Below, in pieces: positions 21,388 through 29,712 of a stretch of DNA of 64,000 bases (within the stretch, counting starts at the first letter, position 1; each line of letters begins with the position of its first letter). Both the position numbers and the translations under genes were made by a program. The notes under the pieces were generated by a model, which worked only from the letters and a program-made list of their open reading frames with translations, was not told the DNA's origin and ran no database searches. The DNA comes from Desulfatiglandales bacterium (GTDB taxonomy: Bacteria; Desulfobacterota; DSM-4660; Desulfatiglandales; Desulfatiglandaceae): NCBI GenBank assembly GCA_963662465.1, contig OY759599.1, positions 1,824,001 to 1,888,000 on the forward strand. The letters are read 5' to 3'.

Positions 21388-22686
21388 TCAAGCACCATAA
21401 AGAAAAGTGCAAACCGCCACAGCTGCAATGATACCTGCCAGATCCGCTGTCAAGGCCGCCGCCAGGGCATGGCGTATCCGCTTGATTTGCACAGCGCCGA
21501 AATAGACGGCCAGCACATAAAAAGTGGTCTCAGTTGATCCCTGGAGGGTGGAAACCAGATAGCCAGTATAACTGTCGGGGCCGATAGCGGGATCATTGAT
21601 GATGGATGCCATGACCCCGTAGGCGCCGGATCCCGACAGGGGACGGAGAAGGGCCATGGGAAGCGCATCCGCCGGCATTCCCACCTTGCCCGTCCACGAT
21701 CCCAGGACGTTTACCATCATGTCCATGGCGCCGCTGGACCGGAGCATTCCCACCACCACCAAAATTGCCACCAGGTAGGGGATAATGCGAATAGCGACCT
21801 GGAATCCTTCCTTGGCGCCTTCCACAAATACCTCATAGATGGGAACACGCCTCAAAACACCGAATGCCAAAAACCCCAACATCAATCCGGGGATGATCCA
21901 GGGGGAAATGGTCCGGCCAAAAAAAACGGTTATGGGAATCAGGGAAACCAGTGCGACCATTGCCATACCGCTGACCCATAGGGGATAACCGGTGTCGGTG
22001 TCCTGTAACAGGGGTTCTGCGATATCATTCTCATGTAAATCGCCGGTATTCAGTGTTCCAACCGGACGGGTTCGTTTAAAAAACGGCAGTTTCCCATAGG
22101 CCTTTGCGGCAAAAATGGCGATGATGGTGGAAAAGAGCGTTGCAAACAGGGTAGTGGGCAAAATTCCCGCCGGATCATGGGATCCCGCAGCGGCCCGGAT
22201 GGCGATGACGCCGGTGGGCAAAAGGGTGACATTGGAAGTATTGATGGCCAGGAAGAGGACCATGGAATCCGTGGCCGTCCCTTTACCCGGGTTTAATTTG
22301 TCCAGCTCCTGCATGGCGCGAATGCCGAATGGGGTGGCGGCATTGCCCAACCCGAGCGCATTTGCGGACATGTTCAGGATCATGCTCCCCATGGCCGGAT
22401 GATCCGGGGGCACATCGGGAAAGAGTCGCACCATTACCGGTCGGATCAGACGGGCCACAATGGTGAGCATCCCCCCGGCTTCCGCAACTTTCATCAACCC
22501 GAGAAAAAGCGTCATCACCCCCACCAGACCCAGGGCCAGTTCCACGGAGCCTGTGGCGGAATCCACCATGGCTTTGGAGAGATTCTCCATGGGAGAAATC
22601 CCCCCACCTTCCCCTGCCCATTGAATCTGCCGCCATCCCGCTGAACAGAAGGATGTGAGTACTATGAGAAAAAAGATGAGATTCAT
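21388..22686 (-). CDS. SpmA-SpmB fusion (nucleoside-recognition Gate domain) membrane protein
   Basis: ANALGLGNAATPFGI, FVEGAKEGF, RPLSGSGA and GSTETTFYVLAVYFG. Confidence 0.9.
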   Translation of the reverse strand: MNLIFFLIVLTSFCSAGWRQIQWAGEGGGISPMENLSKAMVDSATGSVELALGLVGVMTLFLGLMKVAEAGGMLTIVARLIRPVMVRLFPDVPPDHPAMGSMILNMSANALGLGNAATPFGIRAMQELDKLNPGKGTATDSMVLFLAINTSNVTLLPTGVIAIRAAAGSHDPAGILPTTLFATLFSTIIAIFAAKAYGKLPFFKRTRPVGTLNTGDLHENDIAEPLLQDTDTGYPLWVSGMAMVALVSLIPITVFFGRTISPWIIPGLMLGFLAFGVLRRVPIYEVFVEGAKEGFQVAIRIIPYLVAILVVVGMLRSSGAMDMMVNVLGSWTGKVGMPADALPMALLRPLSGSGAYGVMASIINDPAIGPDSYTGYLVSTLQGSTETTFYVLAVYFGAVQIKRIRHALAAALTADLAGIIAAVAVCTFLYGA

Positions 22687-22696
22687 GTTTATGACC

Positions 22697-22779
22697 AAGT
22701 GAAAAGTGAAGAGTGAAAGGTGAAAAGTAAAGGGTAATGGTTGAAGAGGCGTTAACTCTTAACTCTTAACTCTTCACTG
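22697..22779. repeat. Heptamer tracts (GAAAAGT)n and (TTAACTC)n in roughly inverted arrangement
   Basis: gaaaagt gaagagt gaaaggt gaaaagt aaagggt ... ttaactc ttaactc ttaactc ttcactg. The second tract contains the helicase stop codon. Confidence 0.7.
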
Positions 22780-24814
22780 TCCGCACCGCCAGGGAACCCA
22801 GGGTCTCCTTAAGGGGTGATGTAAGACCGCGCTTTAAGGACATTCCTTTAAGCCTGTTCACAAACCCTTCCATGTCCATACAATCCAGCAAATGGGCCTG
22901 TCGCCATCCCGATGGAATCTGTGAAGCCCAGCCTCCTTCCCGGATTCGGTTTCGAAGTCTGACCCTGTGTCGAAGGACAATGGCGCGGATTTCAGCAACT
23001 GTGACATCCGTGGGCAACGCTTCGGGTTTTTCCGGCAGGTGCATGCAAAAGCCATTGATTTGCTGGGGTTTCATTCCGGTCCGACGGGTGATGAGCAACG
23101 CCAGAAGCACACCCCAAAGGCTTCCCATAAAGTGAAATAGCCCGAATGATCCGTCTTCAAGAATCACCATGGGGACATCCCCCGGCGCAACGCCCAGGAA
23201 TCGTGCGAAATCCCGGGCCAGACGGCTGCAAATGATGGGTCCCCTGGACAATGTTGTCTTCAAATGCGTATTGGTTGCCGCATCCTTAACCAGAATCCGG
23301 TTCCTTCCAGCCAGGCCCGACACCTTGAGATGTCGACCGCTGAGCAACAGACGGCCCTCCTCTGTTGCCGCCTGGGGAAGGGTTCCCAGCACTTGGCGGG
23401 TATCCTGGTCAACCACTTCAATGTCCCTGGCGCCATCTTCGATATTGGAATGGATGCGCCCTTTTTCAAAGGCTTCTTCCAGTTCATCCCCCATGAAGTA
23501 TCGCGGGCCGCTCCTAATGAGCCAATTTTTGTCAACCAGATGATCCAGGAGTTCGGGCAGCCGTTTCGCCCATGGGGATCCCTCGAGCCAATGGGGCATG
23601 CGGGAAATCATTGCCCTGGCGGTGATCCACCGTCCCGGTGTCTGCATGAGCAAGCTCATACATTGTTGCGCCAGTACCGATGGGCAAAAGCAATAGGGTC
23701 CACCCAGCAGACGACCATTTTGGGCACTTTCAATCAAATGCTCGTATCGCCGGGTTTCCCCGGGGTTGGCGGTTAAACAGCAGACGCGGGCGACCTGATT
23801 TCGTCGGTTTCCCCTGCCGATCCGCTGAAGCAGCGCGGATACATCCGGGGGTGGGGACGCCAGCATAATCAGATCGATGTCCCCGATATCGATGCCCACT
23901 TCCAGGGTGGTCGTGGAAAAGCATAAGCCGGATGTTCCGGTGAGCATTCTCCTTTCCACAAATTCTCGCCGAGCCAGGGCGAGGCTGCCATGATGTAGGA
24001 ATACGGCATCTCCGAAGGGCGGCCGTCCCTTAAACAGGGAAAACAGCATTTCCGCATGGGCGCGGCGCTGTACAAAGGCCAGGATCTTGCGGACTTCGGG
24101 GTTTTTGGACCTGATATCACGCAATTCGCGGGCCAGGGTCCCTGGGCTGTTGTGGATAAAATGTGCTTCAATGGGCCGATTCCCGGGAGACGTTACCATT
24201 TGGCAGTCCGATCCCACATAACGCAGCATGAGCCCCTCCGGGTCCTCAACGGTGGCGGATGAACCGATAACCTGGACTTGCTTTGCAATGCGATGTACCC
24301 GTGAGACCAGGCACGCCAGTTGATCCCCCCGAGGAGTCCCATCCAGTATATGCACCTCATCCAGCACCAAAAAACGCAGCGCCAGGAGCAGCGAAGGCGA
24401 ACGGGACAATATGGAATCAAGGGATTCCGGCGTTGTAACCACCAGGTGGGGAGGATTGGAACCCGATATTTCACGGTGTTCGCCGGTTCGGCGGCCCACC
24501 CGCAGCCCCATGGCCCCAAGGGGCGCCTTCAGGCGTCTGGCAAGGTCGTTGACCAGCGCGCGGGTTGGGGAGATAATCCATCCTGAAAGATGTCGCGGAC
24601 CGTCAAAGGACTGAATCATCTCGGCCATGGGGGCCGCGTAGGTTTCGGTTTTTCCGCTTGCCGTCGGCGAAATGAGCAACACGCCGCGACCCTTCATGAT
24701 CGCGGGGATACCGGCCATTTGAATGGGCGTGGGAGTGCCGAACCGTGCCAGGAAGGCATGCCACGACTTTGGCAGCAAGCCCTTTAATGCGCTGATGGCC
24801 GGCAAATCGTTCAT
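22766..24814 (-). CDS. Lhr-like DEAD/DEAH SF2 helicase (short; BrxHI/SngC-like)
   Basis: PTPIQ, SPTASGKT, TTPESL, LDEVH, SAT, HHGSL, TLEVGIDIG and LQRIGR. Confidence 0.88.
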   Translation of the reverse strand: MNDLPAISALKGLLPKSWHAFLARFGTPTPIQMAGIPAIMKGRGVLLISPTASGKTETYAAPMAEMIQSFDGPRHLSGWIISPTRALVNDLARRLKAPLGAMGLRVGRRTGEHREISGSNPPHLVVTTPESLDSILSRSPSLLLALRFLVLDEVHILDGTPRGDQLACLVSRVHRIAKQVQVIGSSATVEDPEGLMLRYVGSDCQMVTSPGNRPIEAHFIHNSPGTLARELRDIRSKNPEVRKILAFVQRRAHAEMLFSLFKGRPPFGDAVFLHHGSLALARREFVERRMLTGTSGLCFSTTTLEVGIDIGDIDLIMLASPPPDVSALLQRIGRGNRRNQVARVCCLTANPGETRRYEHLIESAQNGRLLGGPYCFCPSVLAQQCMSLLMQTPGRWITARAMISRMPHWLEGSPWAKRLPELLDHLVDKNWLIRSGPRYFMGDELEEAFEKGRIHSNIEDGARDIEVVDQDTRQVLGTLPQAATEEGRLLLSGRHLKVSGLAGRNRILVKDAATNTHLKTTLSRGPIICSRLARDFARFLGVAPGDVPMVILEDGSFGLFHFMGSLWGVLLALLITRRTGMKPQQINGFCMHLPEKPEALPTDVTVAEIRAIVLRHRVRLRNRIREGGWASQIPSGWRQAHLLDCMDMEGFVNRLKGMSLKRGLTSPLKETLGSLAVRTVKS

Positions 24815-26397
24815 GGGGCGCCCGACGTTAAATACACCAGCAGATCTTCCAGCATGGGTTTGAGCCGGTCGGGCCTATGTCTCGTAATATCAACTACCTC
24901 TGTAATAAACTTCAAGGCTTGCCTCGGGTTTTCGATGAGTCCGCTGCGATGGCAGGGTTCGATGACCTTTGCCATGAGGGCCGCCAGTTTTACGCCCAGG
25001 GCCAGCGGGGTCTGCGCCAGATCATAGAGCGACATGACCCTTTCGGAAAGGGTAATGTAATCCTTCGTGGTAAAAGGGGGCAACGCCATAAAGCGATTCC
25101 CTGGAATGGCTTTCTCCAGCACTGTTTTACCTTCCGGGTCATGGGTCAAAGCAAAGACCACATAAAGCGGTTGCTCGTCCTTGTACCGATATGGAAAACT
25201 TCTATGAATCGCATGCCCCCCCCTGGGTAGAATCTTGGGATCAAAACGAAGCACTGAGGGTGAAAGGCAGGCGGCTGAGAAGGTGCGAAACAACACATCG
25301 GCAAACCCCTGATCGCGACCGTCCAGTGCAGAGTAAAATTCCGCTTCATCCACCATCACGGCCAGACCCTTGTACCCTACCTGCCGGGCGATTTCCGCGA
25401 TTCCTCCCAGAATCAGGGTGTACAGATGGGTCACGGTGCGGAAGTCCTTGAGGGCGTACAGACGCACCCTTGCGCCGGTGACTTGCCGCAGTTCTTTTTC
25501 CAGTTCCACATTGCTGGCCACTTCGGACCCCTCGATCCAATCCAGGAGCCGTTCCAGCAAGTCGTCCGTTTGCCCCAGGGACGGCAGAACCGACCCGTAA
25601 AAGAGCGCGGGACCCAAATAGGGATGATAGTCAGAGCCTTTTCGATCGTTTAAACGGCGTATGAGGCAAACATCTTCATACGCTTTCATCAGAAGCGGTT
25701 TGAGCCCCCGAGGTTTCATGTCGGGATCATCGGGATAACGGATGCCCTTGGCCAGTTGATGGTAAATTCGCCGGGGCCTGGCCGGCGTCACTTCCTTGCT
25801 GTCCAGGGTGGCGCGGGTGGACAGGAATCCCTCTTCAAGGGCCATCAGCTCAGCCATTTCCAGAAAATGGGTCTTTCCCGCGCCGTAATCCCCCAGCACC
25901 ACCCTCACCCCCCCTGCCCCCGCCCCCGCGGCAACGAGGTCCTTATAGACTACCGCCAGTTCCACATCCCGACCCACCGTATAGGTGTTCAGGTGGCGGG
26001 TGGGAACCACGCCCAACCGGAGGGCCTCAAGGGCCTGCCGGGCCGTAATGGCGTCCTGTTTTGTTTTGAGGGTACTTTCTGCGGTATTGTTTTCTTTAAC
26101 ACCTGAAAAAACAGGAATAACCGGCTTTGAAGTCTTTCCCTCGGAAAATCCACGCACGGGGGTCGTCTCTTTTTCTGGGGAAACAACGCTATTTTCCACA
26201 CGGGAGGGCGATAACGGTGGGGCGTTCGATTCATGCAACAACAGCTCTTCCCGTGGAATATCCCAGGGCGTATGGGGCATTTCATCGAATTCCACCCGAA
26301 TTACCCGCCCTCCCCTGGACAGGCCGATCACTTTTCCAGCGCCCCAGTCCCGGTGTAAAATGGCATCTCCGATTCCGGGCATCCCCACCTTAGACAT
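24811..26397 (-). CDS. DUF2791/BrxD-like P-loop ATPase with N-terminal Tudor/SH3-like domain
   Basis: ALEALRLGVVP..YTVGR (BrxD-type N-motif), Walker A GDYGAGKT, Walker B VMVDEAE. Confidence 0.8.
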   Translation of the reverse strand: MSKVGMPGIGDAILHRDWGAGKVIGLSRGGRVIRVEFDEMPHTPWDIPREELLLHESNAPPLSPSRVENSVVSPEKETTPVRGFSEGKTSKPVIPVFSGVKENNTAESTLKTKQDAITARQALEALRLGVVPTRHLNTYTVGRDVELAVVYKDLVAAGAGAGGVRVVLGDYGAGKTHFLEMAELMALEEGFLSTRATLDSKEVTPARPRRIYHQLAKGIRYPDDPDMKPRGLKPLLMKAYEDVCLIRRLNDRKGSDYHPYLGPALFYGSVLPSLGQTDDLLERLLDWIEGSEVASNVELEKELRQVTGARVRLYALKDFRTVTHLYTLILGGIAEIARQVGYKGLAVMVDEAEFYSALDGRDQGFADVLFRTFSAACLSPSVLRFDPKILPRGGHAIHRSFPYRYKDEQPLYVVFALTHDPEGKTVLEKAIPGNRFMALPPFTTKDYITLSERVMSLYDLAQTPLALGVKLAALMAKVIEPCHRSGLIENPRQALKFITEVVDITRHRPDRLKPMLEDLLVYLTSGAP

Positions 26398-27667
26398 CCA
26401 GGAACTCCTCGTCGTCTACGGACCCAAGGCTTTCATATCCGCCCTGGATCAAGTGGTTGGCCTCATCGCGTGAAATTTCCACCTGGCCCCCGGATTTTTG
26501 CCCGTAGAGAAAATCCACATAGCTCTTCACAAACAGCCGCCGATGACTCACCTCAAAGGTGTAGTCCACCATGGTTTGCGCAATGAGCGCCCGGTTATGC
26601 GCCTGAATATCACGGTCGGATTTCCACCCCGTCGCCGTTTCAAAAATCAGTTCCAGCCGTTCTCCAATGCAAATCAGAAGTTCGGCCGCATCCAGATCCA
26701 GATGCTCAAGATCGATGACCGCGGCCTGGGGGCTGCGTTCTCCCAGGGGAACCGGACTTTTCAGTCGCTGGTCCAGGGCCGGATAGTCGGGAACCACGTT
26801 TCGTAAAAATTCCGGCGGCACCGCGTATAGAAAGAGGGTGGAGGGGAGCCGCGCTTGTCCGCAAAGATCCACCACCTGCCGCAGATTGTCTCCCACTGCC
26901 AGCATTTTTCGACTGGTCAGAGACAAATTCCGGTCCACCTCATCAAACAAAAGCGTAAGCCCCGGAAAACCGTAGCCGCTGATGATCTGGGACAGGCTTC
27001 GCAGCATTTTAAACCCCGTGGCGGTTTCAATGGCCTCATAGACCCCCATGGACCGTGTCTCGCTCTGGGGCACCGGTTCCCCCAGCAACCAGGGTTCCAG
27101 TGCGGCTTCCCGGGCATGGTCCCCCTGAAGGTAGGCGGCCATAAAACCCGCCGCGGCTTTTCTGAAAGAATGGCTTTCCGTGGAAACCCGTGCCGCGGTT
27201 CGCTGTATCCACATCAAGGCCCTTTCTTCTCCCATGGCTGTTACCTTGTCATCGGCCAGATCCCTCAGGATATCCGTCAGGCCGCGAGTGGGTTCCATGC
27301 CCTCTTCCAGGGGCGGGCTCGCCAGATTGACGGCGACCGCGCCATACACCTTCACGGGATCATCATAGGGACATTCTCTGGGGGAAAGATTGACCAGGGA
27401 GGTGAGAAAACCATGCTTCCAGGCGAGATCCCGAACACAATAGAGAAAATGGGTCTTCCCTCCGCCATAGTACCCCTGAACCAGTTTGAAGCTCGATCCA
27501 CGGGGGTTGTGTTTCAAACGGACCAGGTACTCCGTCTCCAGGATATGCAGATAGGAATCGTTTCCCACATTCAAATGGGTAATGCCCTGTTCAGGCGGTT
27601 GTCCGGATTCACCCACCCGTTGAATGATGTGGCCGGCCAGTTCCGGTTTAAGGGATGCCGTGTTCAT
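26390..27667 (-). CDS. DUF2791/BrxD-like P-loop ATPase
   Basis: SGQPP..LNVG, Walker A GYYGGGKT, Walker B LLFDEVD, DNLRQVVD and YPALDQRL. Confidence 0.8.
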   Translation of the reverse strand: MNTASLKPELAGHIIQRVGESGQPPEQGITHLNVGNDSYLHILETEYLVRLKHNPRGSSFKLVQGYYGGGKTHFLYCVRDLAWKHGFLTSLVNLSPRECPYDDPVKVYGAVAVNLASPPLEEGMEPTRGLTDILRDLADDKVTAMGEERALMWIQRTAARVSTESHSFRKAAAGFMAAYLQGDHAREAALEPWLLGEPVPQSETRSMGVYEAIETATGFKMLRSLSQIISGYGFPGLTLLFDEVDRNLSLTSRKMLAVGDNLRQVVDLCGQARLPSTLFLYAVPPEFLRNVVPDYPALDQRLKSPVPLGERSPQAAVIDLEHLDLDAAELLICIGERLELIFETATGWKSDRDIQAHNRALIAQTMVDYTFEVSHRRLFVKSYVDFLYGQKSGGQVEISRDEANHLIQGGYESLGSVDDEEFLDV

Positions 27668-28536
27668 GGATGCGCCTCCCTGGATATCGGCGAAAACCAG
27701 ATGCTCAGGTAATATTGTCCCTTTCCGCCCCCTTCCTCGATATAGAGTACATTCTTTTTATTTTTAGTGGCGGTCCCCGTAGCCGTGCCGAGGTTTAACC
27801 GGACGCCGTTTCGCTCCAACATGCCGTTTCTCCTGAGCCCGGCCAGATCGTAGGCCATACGGACACGGCCGTAGGCCCGATAATGGTCTGAAATCGGATC
27901 TGATCGGAATTTGGCGCTCTGAAAAGAAAGGGCAACAAAGGGGAGCAAATCAACCAGCGTAACCCGCTCACCCGGATGTTTTCGCTGTTCAAAAAGAAGC
28001 ATTTGATAGGCGTGGTGCAAGGCATCCAAAAAATCTTCGCCGGACCAGCCGGCATCCAGCAGTTTCAGATTCTTCTGAAGGGCTGCCATTATCTTTTCGG
28101 CTTTTGCCGGCACGTCCTCAACGGCGATTCGGGCATAACGAAGGGCGGCCAGGTTCTTTTCCAGGTTGACGGCGACCGTAAAGGGCGGAAGCGAAAATTC
28201 CATGGGGTCCGTCGTGATCAGTTGACATGAAACCCCTTCGCGGTCAGCGATTTCCTTCAGATCTCGGCCGAATTCAACCTTGCGTTTGCCGGCCCGTTTA
28301 CGCTGGTCTTCCACTGTTTGCGAAAGAAAATCTTCCAAATCAATGTGCAGCCCAAAGGCCCCCGGATCGAATGCTTCAAGCTGCCGGCAGGCTTCCCCCA
28401 CCTTGCCCGGCGATTCCAGAATCGCGTCGTCAGTGAGACTTTTAAGGGCCTTCTGCACTTTACCGAGAGCTTTTGACTGTTCATCCACCACCCCGAAAAA
28501 CCTTTTCGCCATATCTTCAATTGTTGTGTCGTTCAC
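27664..28536 (-). CDS. Hypothetical protein, helical N-terminus, coupled to the ATPase genes
   Basis: 290-aa ORF overlapping both neighbours by 4 nt; no motif recognised. Confidence 0.75.
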   Translation of the reverse strand: MNDTTIEDMAKRFFGVVDEQSKALGKVQKALKSLTDDAILESPGKVGEACRQLEAFDPGAFGLHIDLEDFLSQTVEDQRKRAGKRKVEFGRDLKEIADREGVSCQLITTDPMEFSLPPFTVAVNLEKNLAALRYARIAVEDVPAKAEKIMAALQKNLKLLDAGWSGEDFLDALHHAYQMLLFEQRKHPGERVTLVDLLPFVALSFQSAKFRSDPISDHYRAYGRVRMAYDLAGLRRNGMLERNGVRLNLGTATGTATKNKKNVLYIEEGGGKGQYYLSIWFSPISREAHP

Positions 28537-29702
28537 TTTTCTTTTTCTCCATATGCCTTAATGCCCTGATGTCGCAAGACGTCGCCCATCCCCGCCGGCG
28601 GCTGTTTTCCACTGCAACGGGGACATTTTTTCCGGTTCGCGAAAACAGCCAAACAGGAAGGACACAGCAAGTGAAGGGCATCATCACAAAAACCGAGGGA
28701 ATAGGTATCCATGCCGCAGGCCTCACAGGCCATGGGGTCAAATTCCCTGGAAAGAAGATTGTACACCACACTGATGCGTCTTTCCCCCTTTCGCCTTTTG
28801 ATCAAAAGGTCATGGCGCCGCACGGGAAGCCTGGCCAGAAGCAGGGTCAAGGGACGAATAGTAAGTCTTACCCGGTATTTGTCTTCCAGGGCCGCCAATT
28901 TAGCGGACTTCTCACCGGATAGCGCCTGAATCTTTTCCCTTCGAATCTCAAGATCCGCTCCCTTCAGGTTTCGTCTTTTGATTTCATCCGCCATTTCCCC
29001 TTTTAAATCTTCGAAATAGGTTTCAATCCGTTGTATGTCCCGAATATGATGTCGCAACACCTTGTCCTTGAAACCGGAAAGGCTTTCCCGGACCCGCCAA
29101 AGGGTCCTGTCGCAGGCGGTGATAAACAACGCATTCAACCGCTTTTGTGAAAATTCCATTGGTTTGACGGTGAGCGGTTCCCAATGGGACGCCTGCCCCA
29201 GAATAAGCTCCGGCAATAGGGGACAGTCCACCCCATCCGTGGAAACACAGGTATGGTGAACCGCTTCATGGCGTTCATCGGCATCCGCCGCAACCTCAAA
29301 AGACCACAGCCAGTAATCGAGTGTACTCTCATGGCTCCCTTTTTCCTTGAAGGCGCTGTTGGGAAAGCTGAAATAATCACCCGCATCTTTGTCGGATTTC
29401 TTTCGGGAAACAAGATAGGGCATCCGCAAAGCGGCGGTCTTCCCCATTTCAAGGGCCATGGGAATCGCCCGCTCCAGGAATTCGGTGCCATAACCGATGG
29501 GGACCATATCCGATGCGTCATCTTCGCCGTTTCCACCCGTGCGTGTATTGTCGGTAAGGCTCACCAGGGATTCAGAAAGCCCCAAACGACGCTGAACCTC
29601 CCCCGGCAGCAGGGCCTTGCATGTCTTTTCGCCCGCCTCCCATTCAACGACCCCATCGCTTTCTTCAATCAAATTGTTGGCAAATTGGAGTAAGTTACTC
29701 AT
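28533..29702 (-). CDS. YqhG-like protein with C-terminal Cys-rich putative Zn-finger
   Basis: Directly follows a YqhH-like SNF2 gene; coiled-coil RIETYFEDL; CEAC..CDDALHLLCPSC..CPRC. Confidence 0.62.
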   Translation of the reverse strand: MSNLLQFANNLIEESDGVVEWEAGEKTCKALLPGEVQRRLGLSESLVSLTDNTRTGGNGEDDASDMVPIGYGTEFLERAIPMALEMGKTAALRMPYLVSRKKSDKDAGDYFSFPNSAFKEKGSHESTLDYWLWSFEVAADADERHEAVHHTCVSTDGVDCPLLPELILGQASHWEPLTVKPMEFSQKRLNALFITACDRTLWRVRESLSGFKDKVLRHHIRDIQRIETYFEDLKGEMADEIKRRNLKGADLEIRREKIQALSGEKSAKLAALEDKYRVRLTIRPLTLLLARLPVRRHDLLIKRRKGERRISVVYNLLSREFDPMACEACGMDTYSLGFCDDALHLLCPSCLAVFANRKKCPRCSGKQPPAGMGDVLRHQGIKAYGEKEK

Positions 29703-29712
29703 TTTTCAATCA

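Noticed and set aside
21388..22686. Sporulation capacity inferred from spmAB-like and splB-like genes
   Set aside because: Both families are widespread in non-sporulating bacteria and no core sporulation genes are present.
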